Positions 15,362-23,863 of a DNA stretch of 24,000 nt are shown here, piece after piece (within the stretch, counting starts at the first letter, position 1; each line of letters opens with the position of its first letter). The notes beneath the pieces are model-generated. The model did not search any database and had not been told where the DNA came from. It was given only the letters and a program-made list of their open reading frames with translations. The stretch comes from Nocardiopsis endophytica. GTDB taxonomy: Bacteria; Actinomycetota; Actinomycetes; Streptosporangiales; Streptosporangiaceae. Location of the stretch: assembly GCF_027706725.1 (NCBI RefSeq), contig NZ_JAQFWQ010000012.1, forward strand, positions 56,934 through 80,933, written 5' to 3'. The translations under genes were made by a program, and so were the position numbers.

Positions 15362-17359
15362 GTGAAGATCGCGTTTCTCATCGTGGACCGCGACCACATC
15401 GGGGGTGTGGTCAGCGCCGTGCACAACATGGCGGGCGCGCTCGCCGCGCGGCACGAGGTGGAGGTGGTGGCCCTGCGCCGGGCACGGACCGCGTCCACGT
15501 TCCCGCTGGACGGGCGCGTGCGGGTGGTGAACCTGACCGACGTGCGCCCCGAGTCGCCCACCGGCGACGCCGAGGACCCGCTGTCGGCGCGGCCGCCCAA
15601 GGTCTACCCTGGCGAGCCCGGAGACCCGGGCCGGGTGCCGCCCAAGGTGAGCCGCCTGACCGAGCTGCGCCTGCTGCGCTACCTGGCCGAGACCGACGCC
15701 GACGCCGTGGTCAGCTCCAACCCGAAGATCACCGTGGTGCTCGGGCGCGCGGAGGGCGGGGGCTTCCTCCGCCTGGCCCAGGAGCACTCGCACCCCTGGG
15801 CCTACGCGCCCGGGCTGAAGCGGGAGGTGTACGCGGCCTACCGGTCCATGGACGCGGTCACCGTGCTCACTCCGGAGACCGCCGAGCGCACCCGGGCCGA
15901 CGCAGGCGGCGGCCACTTCATGCCGGTGGTGCCCAACTGCGTGCCCCCGGCGGGCGGGGGCGGCCTGAGCGCGAGCGGGGCGCCGCTCGTCGTCACCGGC
16001 GGGGTGCTCAAGCCGCACAAGGGCTTCGACGTGCTGGTGGAGGCGTTCGCGCAGGTGAGCGGGGAGTTCGGAGAATGGGGGCTGCGCATCCACGGGGGCG
16101 GTCCCGACCGGCGGCGGATCCGGGACGCGATCGAGCGGCACGGGGTCTACGAGCGCGCCCACCTTATGGGCCCCACCGAGCGGCTGCCCTGGGAACTGGC
16201 CAAGGGGGCCGTGTTCGCGCTGCCCTCCAAGCGGGAGCCGTTCGGCAACGTCCTGGTGGAGGCCATGTCGCTCGGGCTGCCGGTGGTGAGCGCCGACTGC
16301 GACCACGGGCCGCGCAACATCATCACCTCCGGCAAGGAGGGGCTGCTGGTCCCGCCCGGAGACGCGGGGGCGATGGCCGACGCCCTGCGGGTGCTGCTGG
16401 GCGACCCCCGTGTCCGCGCGGAGATGGGCGAGGCGGCGCGGAGCGGGGCCGAGCGGTTCGGCGAGGGGCCCAGCGCCGAGCGCTTCACGGGGGTGCTGGA
16501 GGAGGCGGCCCGTCGGCGCGCCGCACGGTCGGTGCGCGGCCGCATGACCGTGGAGGCGGGGTCGGGCGACGTGCGGATCGACCTGGAGGGGGTGCCGGAG
16601 GGCGCGGAGGTGGTCCTGCACCGGCGCACCGCAGCCGCGGGCGCCGGCGAGGCGGCCGTGTTCCCCGTCGAGGGCGGGACGGCACGCGTCCCCCGGCAGA
16701 TGGGCCCGGCGGAGGGGGAGTGGACGGTCGCGGTCCGCCGCCCCGACGGCGTCGAGGCGGTGGTCGCGGACGGAGGCTGCGACACCGCCGGGTACCTGGC
16801 GGCGCCGCGGCTGTCCCGGGAGGCGCCGGGGCTGCGGGCGCTGCTGCCGTACGTCGCCGACGACGGCGCCCCGTCCGTGCGCAGCCGTGTGCGCACCGTC
16901 CACGCCGAGGTCCGCTCCGTGCGCACGGACGGCGACCGGATCACGCTCCACGGGGACCTCTGGGGCACCGATCCCGGGCCGGGGGCACGGGTGGAGGCCG
17001 TGCGCAGGGAGAGCCGCGCGTGCGAGGTGTCGGCCCCGGCGGAGCCGACCGGCGGGGGCGGGTTCCGCGCGGCCCTGTCCGCGCGCGCGTTCGCGTCCCG
17101 CCACGGGAGCGGGGAGGCCGTCTGGGACCTGTGGCTGGTCCCGGGGGAGGGGGCCGAGCGCACGGGGCTGTGCCGGCTGGACACCGACGTGCTGCGGACG
17201 ACCCCGGTGTTCACCCACCCGGAGGCGGTCGTCCCGGGCCCGCGCCGCCCGGGGGCCCGGTTGGGCCCCCTGGGCCTGCTGAAGCGGCGGCGGTACGCGG
17301 TGCGAGTGTACTTCTCCAGCGCGGACCGCCTGGCGGTGAAGGTCGTCCCCGCCGAGTGA
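15362..17359 (+). CDS. GT4-family glycosyltransferase (residues ~1-390) with a ~275-aa non-GT C-terminal extension
   Basis: GTG 15362 is preceded by GGGGGAGGGG. GT-B/GT4 features: MKIAFLIVDRDHIGGVVSAVHNMAGALAARHEVEVV, and E-x7-E in KREPFGNVLVEAMSLGLPVVSADCDHGPRNII. The extension carries the strands GGFRAALSARAF and EAVWDLWLVPGEG. Confidence 0.88.
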   Translation: MKIAFLIVDRDHIGGVVSAVHNMAGALAARHEVEVVALRRARTASTFPLDGRVRVVNLTDVRPESPTGDAEDPLSARPPKVYPGEPGDPGRVPPKVSRLTELRLLRYLAETDADAVVSSNPKITVVLGRAEGGGFLRLAQEHSHPWAYAPGLKREVYAAYRSMDAVTVLTPETAERTRADAGGGHFMPVVPNCVPPAGGGGLSASGAPLVVTGGVLKPHKGFDVLVEAFAQVSGEFGEWGLRIHGGGPDRRRIRDAIERHGVYERAHLMGPTERLPWELAKGAVFALPSKREPFGNVLVEAMSLGLPVVSADCDHGPRNIITSGKEGLLVPPGDAGAMADALRVLLGDPRVRAEMGEAARSGAERFGEGPSAERFTGVLEEAARRRAARSVRGRMTVEAGSGDVRIDLEGVPEGAEVVLHRRTAAAGAGEAAVFPVEGGTARVPRQMGPAEGEWTVAVRRPDGVEAVVADGGCDTAGYLAAPRLSREAPGLRALLPYVADDGAPSVRSRVRTVHAEVRSVRTDGDRITLHGDLWGTDPGPGARVEAVRRESRACEVSAPAEPTGGGGFRAALSARAFASRHGSGEAVWDLWLVPGEGAERTGLCRLDTDVLRTTPVFTHPEAVVPGPRRPGARLGPLGLLKRRRYAVRVYFSSADRLAVKVVPAE

Positions 17360-17372
17360 CGGCGGGCCTCCG

Positions 17373-20300
17373 TCAGCGGTCCTTCAGGCCGGCGTCCTCC
17401 GGGGCGTCGGCCCCGGCCGTGCGCTGGCCCGGGAGCGGGGCGGCACCGCCGCCGAACACCGCGTCCACCACCCGCGCCGCCGCCTTGCCGTCGTCCAGGG
17501 GGCAGAACCGCTCCACGAACGCGTCGTACCGGTCCCGGTGGTCCAGCCGGACCGCGTCGGCGGCCCGGACCGCCTCCACCAGCCCGTCCTGGTCCCTGAT
17601 CAGCGGACCCGGCGCGACCTCCTCGAAGTCGAAGTAGAAGCCGCGCAGCCGGTCCCGGTACTCCTCCAGGTCGTAGGTGTAGAAGAGCATCGGGCGCCCG
17701 GTGTTGGCGAAGTCGAACATCAGCGACGAGTAGTCGGTCACCAGCACGTCGGCCACCAGGAACAGCTCCTGCACCTCCGGGTAGGCCGACACGTCCCGGA
17801 CGAAGCCCCCGCCCGCGCCCGGGACCCGGTCGACGATGTTGGGGTGGCGCCGCACCAGCAGCACGTGCTCCCCGCCCAGCGCCCCGCGCATCCGCTCGAT
17901 GTCCAGCCGCAGGTCCAGCTTGTACTTGCCCGGTGAGTAGAACTTGTCGTCCCGCCACGTCGGCGCGTACAGCACGACCTTCTTCCCCTCGGGCAGCCCC
18001 AGCCGTGCGCGCACCCTGCGCGCGGTCTCCTCGCGCTCGGGCGAGTGGAAGATGTCGTTGCGCGGGTACCCCGTCTCCAGGACCGTCCCCTCGAAGCGGA
18101 AGGCCCGGCGCAGGATCGGCGTCGCCCACGGGCTGGGCGAGACCAGGTAGTCCCACTGGCCCACCTCGCGGGCGAGGCGCTCGTGGTACGAGGCGTCGTG
18201 CGAGGCGAACCGGACGTTCTCGATGTCGAACCCGATCCGCTTGAGCATCGACCCGTGCCAGGTCTGCACGATCCGCTGGCCCTCGCGCTTGTCGAACCAC
18301 TGCGGCAGGTGCGCGTTGGTGACGATCACCTCCGAGGTCGCCAGTGCCTCGAAGTACTCCCGGCCGGCGTGCGGGACCGGGCGGAGCCCCGGCGGGGTGC
18401 GCACCTGGCGGTCCCGCACCAGCCACAGCGACGGCGCGGCCACCCGTCTGCGGCGCAGCTCCTCGGAGATGACCCGCGGGCTGTCCGAGTACTGCTTGCC
18501 CGAGTAGCTCTCGAAGTAGACCTGGGACCGGATCCGCAGGCCCCGCAGCCCCGGGTAGACCTCCTCGCGCAGGCGCTTCTGCGCACGGGAGCCGCGCTCC
18601 TCGGGGAGCAGGGCCGGGCCGACGGTCAGCACCGGCGCGGTGCGGTCGGCGGCGTCGAGGACCGCCGGGCACTCGGGGGCGTCGTGCGCGGCGGGCAGCG
18701 CGCCCAGCAGCACCGGGGCCGCGCGGACCGGGATGAGGTGCGGGAGCGGCCCGTCGTGGGCGCGGTCGCCGTCGGCCCTCATGAACAGCCGGTAGGAGCC
18801 GGAGGCCAGGGGGAGCGTGCCCGCCAGGTGCGGCACGGCGTCGACCGGGACGCGCGCCTCGAACGCCTCCCCGTCCATGGCCATGGGGAAGGCGACCTCC
18901 TCGTGGCGCCCCTTGGCCTTGATGACGAGCGAGTGCTCGTCGGCGGAGTCGCCGCCCCCGGGCAGGGTGCCCCGGAGCACGAGCACGCGCTCGTCCCAGT
19001 GCGCCGCCTCCAGGCGCGGCTGGGGGACGGACACGTGGATGAGCGCGCTGCCGCGCTGGTCCTCCTCGACCGCCAGGCAGTGGTCGCCGTACAGGTGCGG
19101 ATGCGCTTCGGCCCCGCCCAGCGTGAGCGCGCGGGGCGCGGTGCGGTGGTCGCCCCCTGCGGCCCCGGTGGCCCCGACCACACGGACCTCCCAGCGCTCA
19201 CCGACCGCCGGCCCGCCGGAGGCGCGCCTGCGCTCCTCGAACCCTTCGGCCAGCGTGTCCACCGGGACCGGGCACCGGAAGCGCCCCTCCGCGCCGACCT
19301 CCAAGGGGAGCTCCAGCGTGCGGTCCCCGGGCAGGCGGCGCAGCCGGAGGGCGGCCCCCGGCGGCGGGTCGGCCAGGACGCCCTCCAGCACCAGGTCCCC
19401 GCCGTGGAGCGTGTGCCCGGTGACGGCGGCGGACCCGTCGCTCACGAGGAGGCGCAGGCCGCCGGTCCACACCGGCCGGGCCGTGAGGCCGGGCCCGACC
19501 TCGGCCGCTTCGGGACGGCGCGGCGCCCCCGCCACGGGGTGGGCGAGCGCGGCCGTGCGGGTGATGCCCCGGTTGAGCACGGTCAGCTCGATCCGCCATT
19601 CGCCCGCCCGCGGAGCCGACCGTCCGGCCAGGTCGCGGGGGTCCACGGTGACCCGGTACCCGCCCCAGTCGTGGCGCGCCCCGGCGTCGCCGGGCGCGGC
19701 GGGGTACTCGGCGGCGAGCAGGGTCTCCACCTGCAGCCGGTGCCGCCGCCCGGTGGCGGTGTCGACCGCGTGCGCCCGCACGAACTGCTGGTAGCGGCGG
19801 TTGGGCCGCAGGTGCTTCAGGCAGACCCGGCCCTCGACCACGAGCCGCCCGTCCTCCCAGGCGAGCCGCTCGGCCTTCTGCCGGAGCACCAGCTCGTCGT
19901 CGAGGCGGAAGACGCGCCGGGGGACGCGGGCCCGGCGGTCGTCCTTGAACGGGTAGTCGCCGTAGAAGCGCAGGCCGTGCCGGACGGCCCGGACGCGGCG
20001 GTGCCCGCCGTCCCGCTCGAAGGCCAGGACGTGCAGCAGCCGGTCGATGTCGCGGCGGCGCACCAGGTGCCACTTGAGCCGCTCGAAGGCGGGCAGCCGG
20101 GTGAGCGCGCGCGGGTGGCCGCGCCGCATGTACTCCTCGGCCAGGTCGCAGAAGAGCGTGCGGAAGGCGTCGTCGGCGTCCCCGAGGAGCTGCAGGAAGA
20201 TGCGCAGGTCGCTCCCGAGGGCGATGGCGTCCCAGCGCATCCGGTCCCGGGGGCGGGCGTGGCCGGCCAGGAAGTCGGCGGTGGCGCGCACCGCCCGGTA

Positions 20301-20987
20301 GCGGTCGCGCAGGCCCTTGGGGTGCAGGCGGTCCTGGGTGATCGACGGGTCGTCGCCGGGGCGCTCCCGCCACAGGTAGACGGGGGCGGTGTGCACGTCC
20401 ACCGCCGAGGCCAGGAAGTGCGCGGGGATGGCGACGCTGATGTCCTCGTACAGGACGCCCTCGGGGAAGGCGAGGCCGTGGCGGTCCCAGAAGTCGCGCC
20501 GCCACACCTTGTTGGTGGCCAGGCGGTCGGTCAGCAGGTTCTCCCGGCGGGTGACGTGGGTGCCGACGGCCGCGTGCCGGAAGATGCGGCGGTGCATGGG
20601 GGACTGGCTGCTGCCGAGCTCGTTGTAGCGGTGGACGTTGCCGGTGGCGAAGTCCGATCCGCTCTCCCGCAGCCCGGCGACCATGGCGCCGAAGGCGTAC
20701 GGGGGGATGGCGTCGTCGCTGTCGACGAAGGCCAGGAACTCGCCGCCGGCGTGCCGGATCCCGGTGTTGCGGGCGGCGCCGAGCCCGGCGTTGTCCTGGC
20801 GGACGAGCCGCACCCGCGGGTCCCGTTCGGCGTGCTCGGCGGCGATGCGGGCGCTGTCGTCGGGGGAGCCGTCGTCGACGACGACGATCTCCAGGTCGCC
20901 GAGGGTCTGCCCGCGGAGCGAGTCGAGGCACGCGCCGAGGTACCGCTCGACGTTGTAGACGGGGACGATCACGCTGAGAACGGGCAT
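17373..20987 (-). CDS. Bifunctional GT2 glycosyltransferase / CDP-glycerol:poly(glycerophosphate) glycerophosphotransferase (TagF/TagB family), ~1204 aa, with a ~500-aa beta-rich central region
   Basis: N-terminus MPVLSVIVPVYNVERYLGACLDSLRGQTLGDLEIVVVDDGSPDDS...FVDSDD (GT2, DxD). C-terminus QVYFESYSGKQYSDSPRVISEEL...VQTWHGS...VVLYAPTWRDD...VLVTDYSSLMFDF (Glyphos_transf motifs, at about 17478-18536). The track ORF starts at 21047, but the 20 extra codons have low GC3 (7 of 19 end in A/T), so ATG 20987 is preferred. Confidence 0.9.
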   Translation of the reverse strand: MPVLSVIVPVYNVERYLGACLDSLRGQTLGDLEIVVVDDGSPDDSARIAAEHAERDPRVRLVRQDNAGLGAARNTGIRHAGGEFLAFVDSDDAIPPYAFGAMVAGLRESGSDFATGNVHRYNELGSSQSPMHRRIFRHAAVGTHVTRRENLLTDRLATNKVWRRDFWDRHGLAFPEGVLYEDISVAIPAHFLASAVDVHTAPVYLWRERPGDDPSITQDRLHPKGLRDRYRAVRATADFLAGHARPRDRMRWDAIALGSDLRIFLQLLGDADDAFRTLFCDLAEEYMRRGHPRALTRLPAFERLKWHLVRRRDIDRLLHVLAFERDGGHRRVRAVRHGLRFYGDYPFKDDRRARVPRRVFRLDDELVLRQKAERLAWEDGRLVVEGRVCLKHLRPNRRYQQFVRAHAVDTATGRRHRLQVETLLAAEYPAAPGDAGARHDWGGYRVTVDPRDLAGRSAPRAGEWRIELTVLNRGITRTAALAHPVAGAPRRPEAAEVGPGLTARPVWTGGLRLLVSDGSAAVTGHTLHGGDLVLEGVLADPPPGAALRLRRLPGDRTLELPLEVGAEGRFRCPVPVDTLAEGFEERRRASGGPAVGERWEVRVVGATGAAGGDHRTAPRALTLGGAEAHPHLYGDHCLAVEEDQRGSALIHVSVPQPRLEAAHWDERVLVLRGTLPGGGDSADEHSLVIKAKGRHEEVAFPMAMDGEAFEARVPVDAVPHLAGTLPLASGSYRLFMRADGDRAHDGPLPHLIPVRAAPVLLGALPAAHDAPECPAVLDAADRTAPVLTVGPALLPEERGSRAQKRLREEVYPGLRGLRIRSQVYFESYSGKQYSDSPRVISEELRRRRVAAPSLWLVRDRQVRTPPGLRPVPHAGREYFEALATSEVIVTNAHLPQWFDKREGQRIVQTWHGSMLKRIGFDIENVRFASHDASYHERLAREVGQWDYLVSPSPWATPILRRAFRFEGTVLETGYPRNDIFHSPEREETARRVRARLGLPEGKKVVLYAPTWRDDKFYSPGKYKLDLRLDIERMRGALGGEHVLLVRRHPNIVDRVPGAGGGFVRDVSAYPEVQELFLVADVLVTDYSSLMFDFANTGRPMLFYTYDLEEYRDRLRGFYFDFEEVAPGPLIRDQDGLVEAVRAADAVRLDHRDRYDAFVERFCPLDDGKAAARVVDAVFGGGAAPLPGQRTAGADAPEDAGLKDR

Positions 20988-21325
20988 GCACAGTCCAATC
21001 GGAGCCGGTCCGGCGAGCCGGACGCCACGCGTCCATTCGGTAGTCATGTAACTACTTAGGGTTATTGATCGAGGTGCATGACACGCGTTTCCGGCGCGAT
21101 CGCCCCGCCCGAAGCCCGGATGTCCGTGATGTCCGCCGTTGGCGGGAAGTGGGGTGGGCCGTCCCTCGCGGCAGCGCTGCCGGGCGCCGGGCGTGCGGCC
21201 TGCGTCGTCGCCGCCCTCCCCGTCACACCCCGGAGGCCCGCCGCCCGGCTGGGGCCCGTGAGTGGGGGACCTGCTCAGCCGTCCGCCCGGACCGCGAGGG
21301 ACCTGGCGCTCGGCAAGCAGGGGCG

Positions 21326-21345
21326 GGGAGGCGCCGGCCTCCCCT
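21326..21345 (-). terminator. Hairpin GGGGAGGC-GCCG-GCCTCCCC 12 nt downstream of the 820-aa gene stop
   Basis: 8-bp perfect inverted repeat read directly, at the head of a 370-nt spacer before the next minus-strand gene. Confidence 0.4.
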
Positions 21346-21357
21346 CGTCGCCGCTCT

Positions 21358-23820
21358 CTACCCCCTGCCTCTCCACAGGCGGCCCAGGACGGGGAGGTGG
21401 GACACGCGTCTCCGGGCGGCCTGGAGCAGTCGCACCGGGGCGTGTTCGATCACCGTCCCCTTCCCCTTCGCGGGGGCCGCCACGGCGTACACCGGCACCG
21501 GCCCCCGCCACCACCTCTTGCGGAGCCGTGGGCCCGGGTAGCCGGGGAACGACCAGACCGGCCCTCCGTCGGAGCCCCGGCTCTGCACCTCCACGCGCCA
21601 GCGGCCGAACGGCACGCGCGCCGACCCCGCGAGGCCGATGCCCGCCGTGAACCGCACCCCGGCCGGGGTGCGGGTGCTCGTCACCGGGAGGTCGACCGGC
21701 GCCCCCTCCCCGTTCTCCGGCACCAGCCGCACCCCCACGTCACCGGGCCGGGCCCCGAGGGTGCGCACCGTCCCCGACACCTCGAACCGGCACCGACGCG
21801 GCAGCCAGCAGACGGACACGTCCCGGACCGGCGGCGGGCCCAGGGCCTCCTCCTCGCGGGTCATCCGAACGGCGAGGTGGCCGCCCGCGGTGATGTAGGG
21901 CCTGATCCGCGTCCGCCCCCGCCCCGCGCCACCCGGCCCGGGGTGCTCGATCTCCGGGTACGCGCACACCTGCTTCCAGTCGCCCGCCCCCAGCAGGCAC
22001 CGCCCCACCAGGTGGTCGCCCCGGCCGTTGCGCAGCCGGACGTCCCAGACCACCTCGTCCCCGTCCGCCCCCATCAGCTCCGCACCCGCCTCGGCGAGCG
22101 CCCCCGCGGGCACCAGGGCGCCGAACCGCCCCGACGCGTCCACCGGGCACGGGAACCGCGCCTCGGTCCCCCGGTCCCCGCGCGCGGTCAGCACCAGCTC
22201 GGCCTCCGGATCCGGCCCGGTCGACCCGAGGACCGTCCCCGACACCGCGATCCGCTCGGCCGCCACCGCCACCCCGCCCACCTCGGCGAACCGGTCGGCC
22301 CGCCGCGCCGCGATCCGCAGCCTCCCGCCGGGCCCGCGCTCGGGCACCGCCACCGCCAGCCGCTTCACCGTCCGCGGCTCGTACGGCGCGGAGCGCAGGT
22401 CGACCAGCGAGGCGGGCACCGGCACCGGCGCGCCCCCGCCGTCGCTGCGCAGCACGTCCCACCGCGTCGTGCCCTCCGGGAAGTCCCGCGGGTCCACGTG
22501 CACGGTCCGGGCGCCCTCCGCGCACAGCCTGCGCTCCTGCCGCCCGGCGGCCCCCGTGCCGACCGGGCGCAGCACCACCAGGCCGGGCGGCGTGGAGAAC
22601 CGCAGCTCCAGTACCCCGTCCGCACCGACCACGGCCGTACACCGGTCGGGCGGCTCCGCCGCGCGCGGGGCGGGAACCGCCGTCCTGTCCCCGGGCCCGA
22701 TGAGGTCGCGGAAGAGCGCCTCGTGCATCCGTGCCACCGCCTCGGGCGAGTACCGCTCGGAGTTGCGCAGCGCCGCCGCCCCCATGCGCGCGCGCAGGGC
22801 GTCGTCGCCCATCACCCGGTCGAGCGCGCGGGCGAACGCGTCGGGATCCTCGTTGGCCACGAGCAGCCCGTCCTCGCCGTGCCGCAGGATCTCCGCCGGG
22901 CCGTGCGGGCAGTCCGACGACACCACCGGCACCCCGGCACGCATCGCCTCCACCAGGATCATCCCGAACGGCTCGTCCCGGGACGGCACCGCGCACACCG
23001 ACGCCAGCGGCCACACCTCGTCCATGCGCGGGTGCGCCCCCATCATGAACGCGCGGTCCTCCAGCCCCAGCGCGTGGATCTGGCGGCGCCGCGCCTCCAC
23101 CCCCTGGCCCCGGCCGAACACCCGCACCGTCCAGTCCGGATGGTCCCCGGCCACGCGCGCGAACGCCTCCAGCAGCAGGTCGAACCCCTTCATGCCGGTG
23201 ACCCGCCCGGCGGCGACCACACTGGGCGGCCCCGCGCCCGACGTGCGCAGCTCCGGTGCCGGTACGCAGTTCGGCACCGCCTGCACCCGCACCCCCGGGA
23301 GGCGCATGCGGGACCGGTAGGCCGCCGCATCGGCCTCGGTGACCGGGGCGATCGCGTCGAGCCTCCGGTAGTCGCGGGCCATGGCGCGCAGCAGCGCGCG
23401 GTCGTACATCCGGTAGGTCAGGTGCTCCTGCCCCACGACCGCCGCGCCATCGGGCCTCAGACGTGCCAGCAGGATGTTGATGCCGGCGCGCGTGCCCACC
23501 ACCACGTCCGGGGCGGCCTGCGCGAGCCGCTCGGCGATGAGGGCGTCGGTCAGGGCGCTGTGCGCCCCGTAGTGCTTCTCCTCCACGGGGTAGAGCAGGG
23601 ACGGCCGGTCGGCCCCCGGCCCGGGTGGTTCACGGACGTCCACCAGCCAGGTGACCTGGACCGACGGGCCGACCGGGAGCACGGGATCGTCCCGGTGCCG
23701 GAACACCGAGACCACCTCGACCTCGTGCCCGAGCGCCGCCATCGCCCCGGCCTGGTTGGCCACCGTACGGATGGTCCCCCCGATCCCGTACAGCGTGTGG
23801 AGCACGTAGACGATCTTCAT
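21358..23820 (-). CDS. GT4-family glycosyltransferase (residues ~1-375) with a ~445-aa non-GT C-terminal extension; paralogue of 15362..17359
   Basis: ATG 23820 is preceded by GGAGGGGG. MKIVYVLHTLYGIGGTIRTVANQAGAMAALGHEVEVV; E-x7-E in RDEPFGMILVEAMRAGVPVVSSDCPHGPAEIL. The extension contains three repeats of the module seen in the other two enzymes (TTRWDVLRSDGGG, EVVWDVRLRNGRG, GRWRVEVQSRGSDGG). Confidence 0.88.
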   Translation of the reverse strand: MKIVYVLHTLYGIGGTIRTVANQAGAMAALGHEVEVVSVFRHRDDPVLPVGPSVQVTWLVDVREPPGPGADRPSLLYPVEEKHYGAHSALTDALIAERLAQAAPDVVVGTRAGINILLARLRPDGAAVVGQEHLTYRMYDRALLRAMARDYRRLDAIAPVTEADAAAYRSRMRLPGVRVQAVPNCVPAPELRTSGAGPPSVVAAGRVTGMKGFDLLLEAFARVAGDHPDWTVRVFGRGQGVEARRRQIHALGLEDRAFMMGAHPRMDEVWPLASVCAVPSRDEPFGMILVEAMRAGVPVVSSDCPHGPAEILRHGEDGLLVANEDPDAFARALDRVMGDDALRARMGAAALRNSERYSPEAVARMHEALFRDLIGPGDRTAVPAPRAAEPPDRCTAVVGADGVLELRFSTPPGLVVLRPVGTGAAGRQERRLCAEGARTVHVDPRDFPEGTTRWDVLRSDGGGAPVPVPASLVDLRSAPYEPRTVKRLAVAVPERGPGGRLRIAARRADRFAEVGGVAVAAERIAVSGTVLGSTGPDPEAELVLTARGDRGTEARFPCPVDASGRFGALVPAGALAEAGAELMGADGDEVVWDVRLRNGRGDHLVGRCLLGAGDWKQVCAYPEIEHPGPGGAGRGRTRIRPYITAGGHLAVRMTREEEALGPPPVRDVSVCWLPRRCRFEVSGTVRTLGARPGDVGVRLVPENGEGAPVDLPVTSTRTPAGVRFTAGIGLAGSARVPFGRWRVEVQSRGSDGGPVWSFPGYPGPRLRKRWWRGPVPVYAVAAPAKGKGTVIEHAPVRLLQAARRRVSHLPVLGRLWRGRG

Positions 23821-23863
23821 GCGATTCCCCCTCCTGGCGTGTGGCCCCCGTCGGGGACGGCCG

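Noticed and set aside
20988-21047. 20-codon N-terminal extension (MTTEWTRGVRLAGPAPIGLC) of the GT2-TagF ORF
   Set aside because: GC3 drops sharply in the extension (7 of 19 codons end in A/T), it runs into the AT-rich patch, and MPVLSVIVPVYN is a typical GT2 N-terminus. ATG 20987 is preferred, but 21047 is not excluded.
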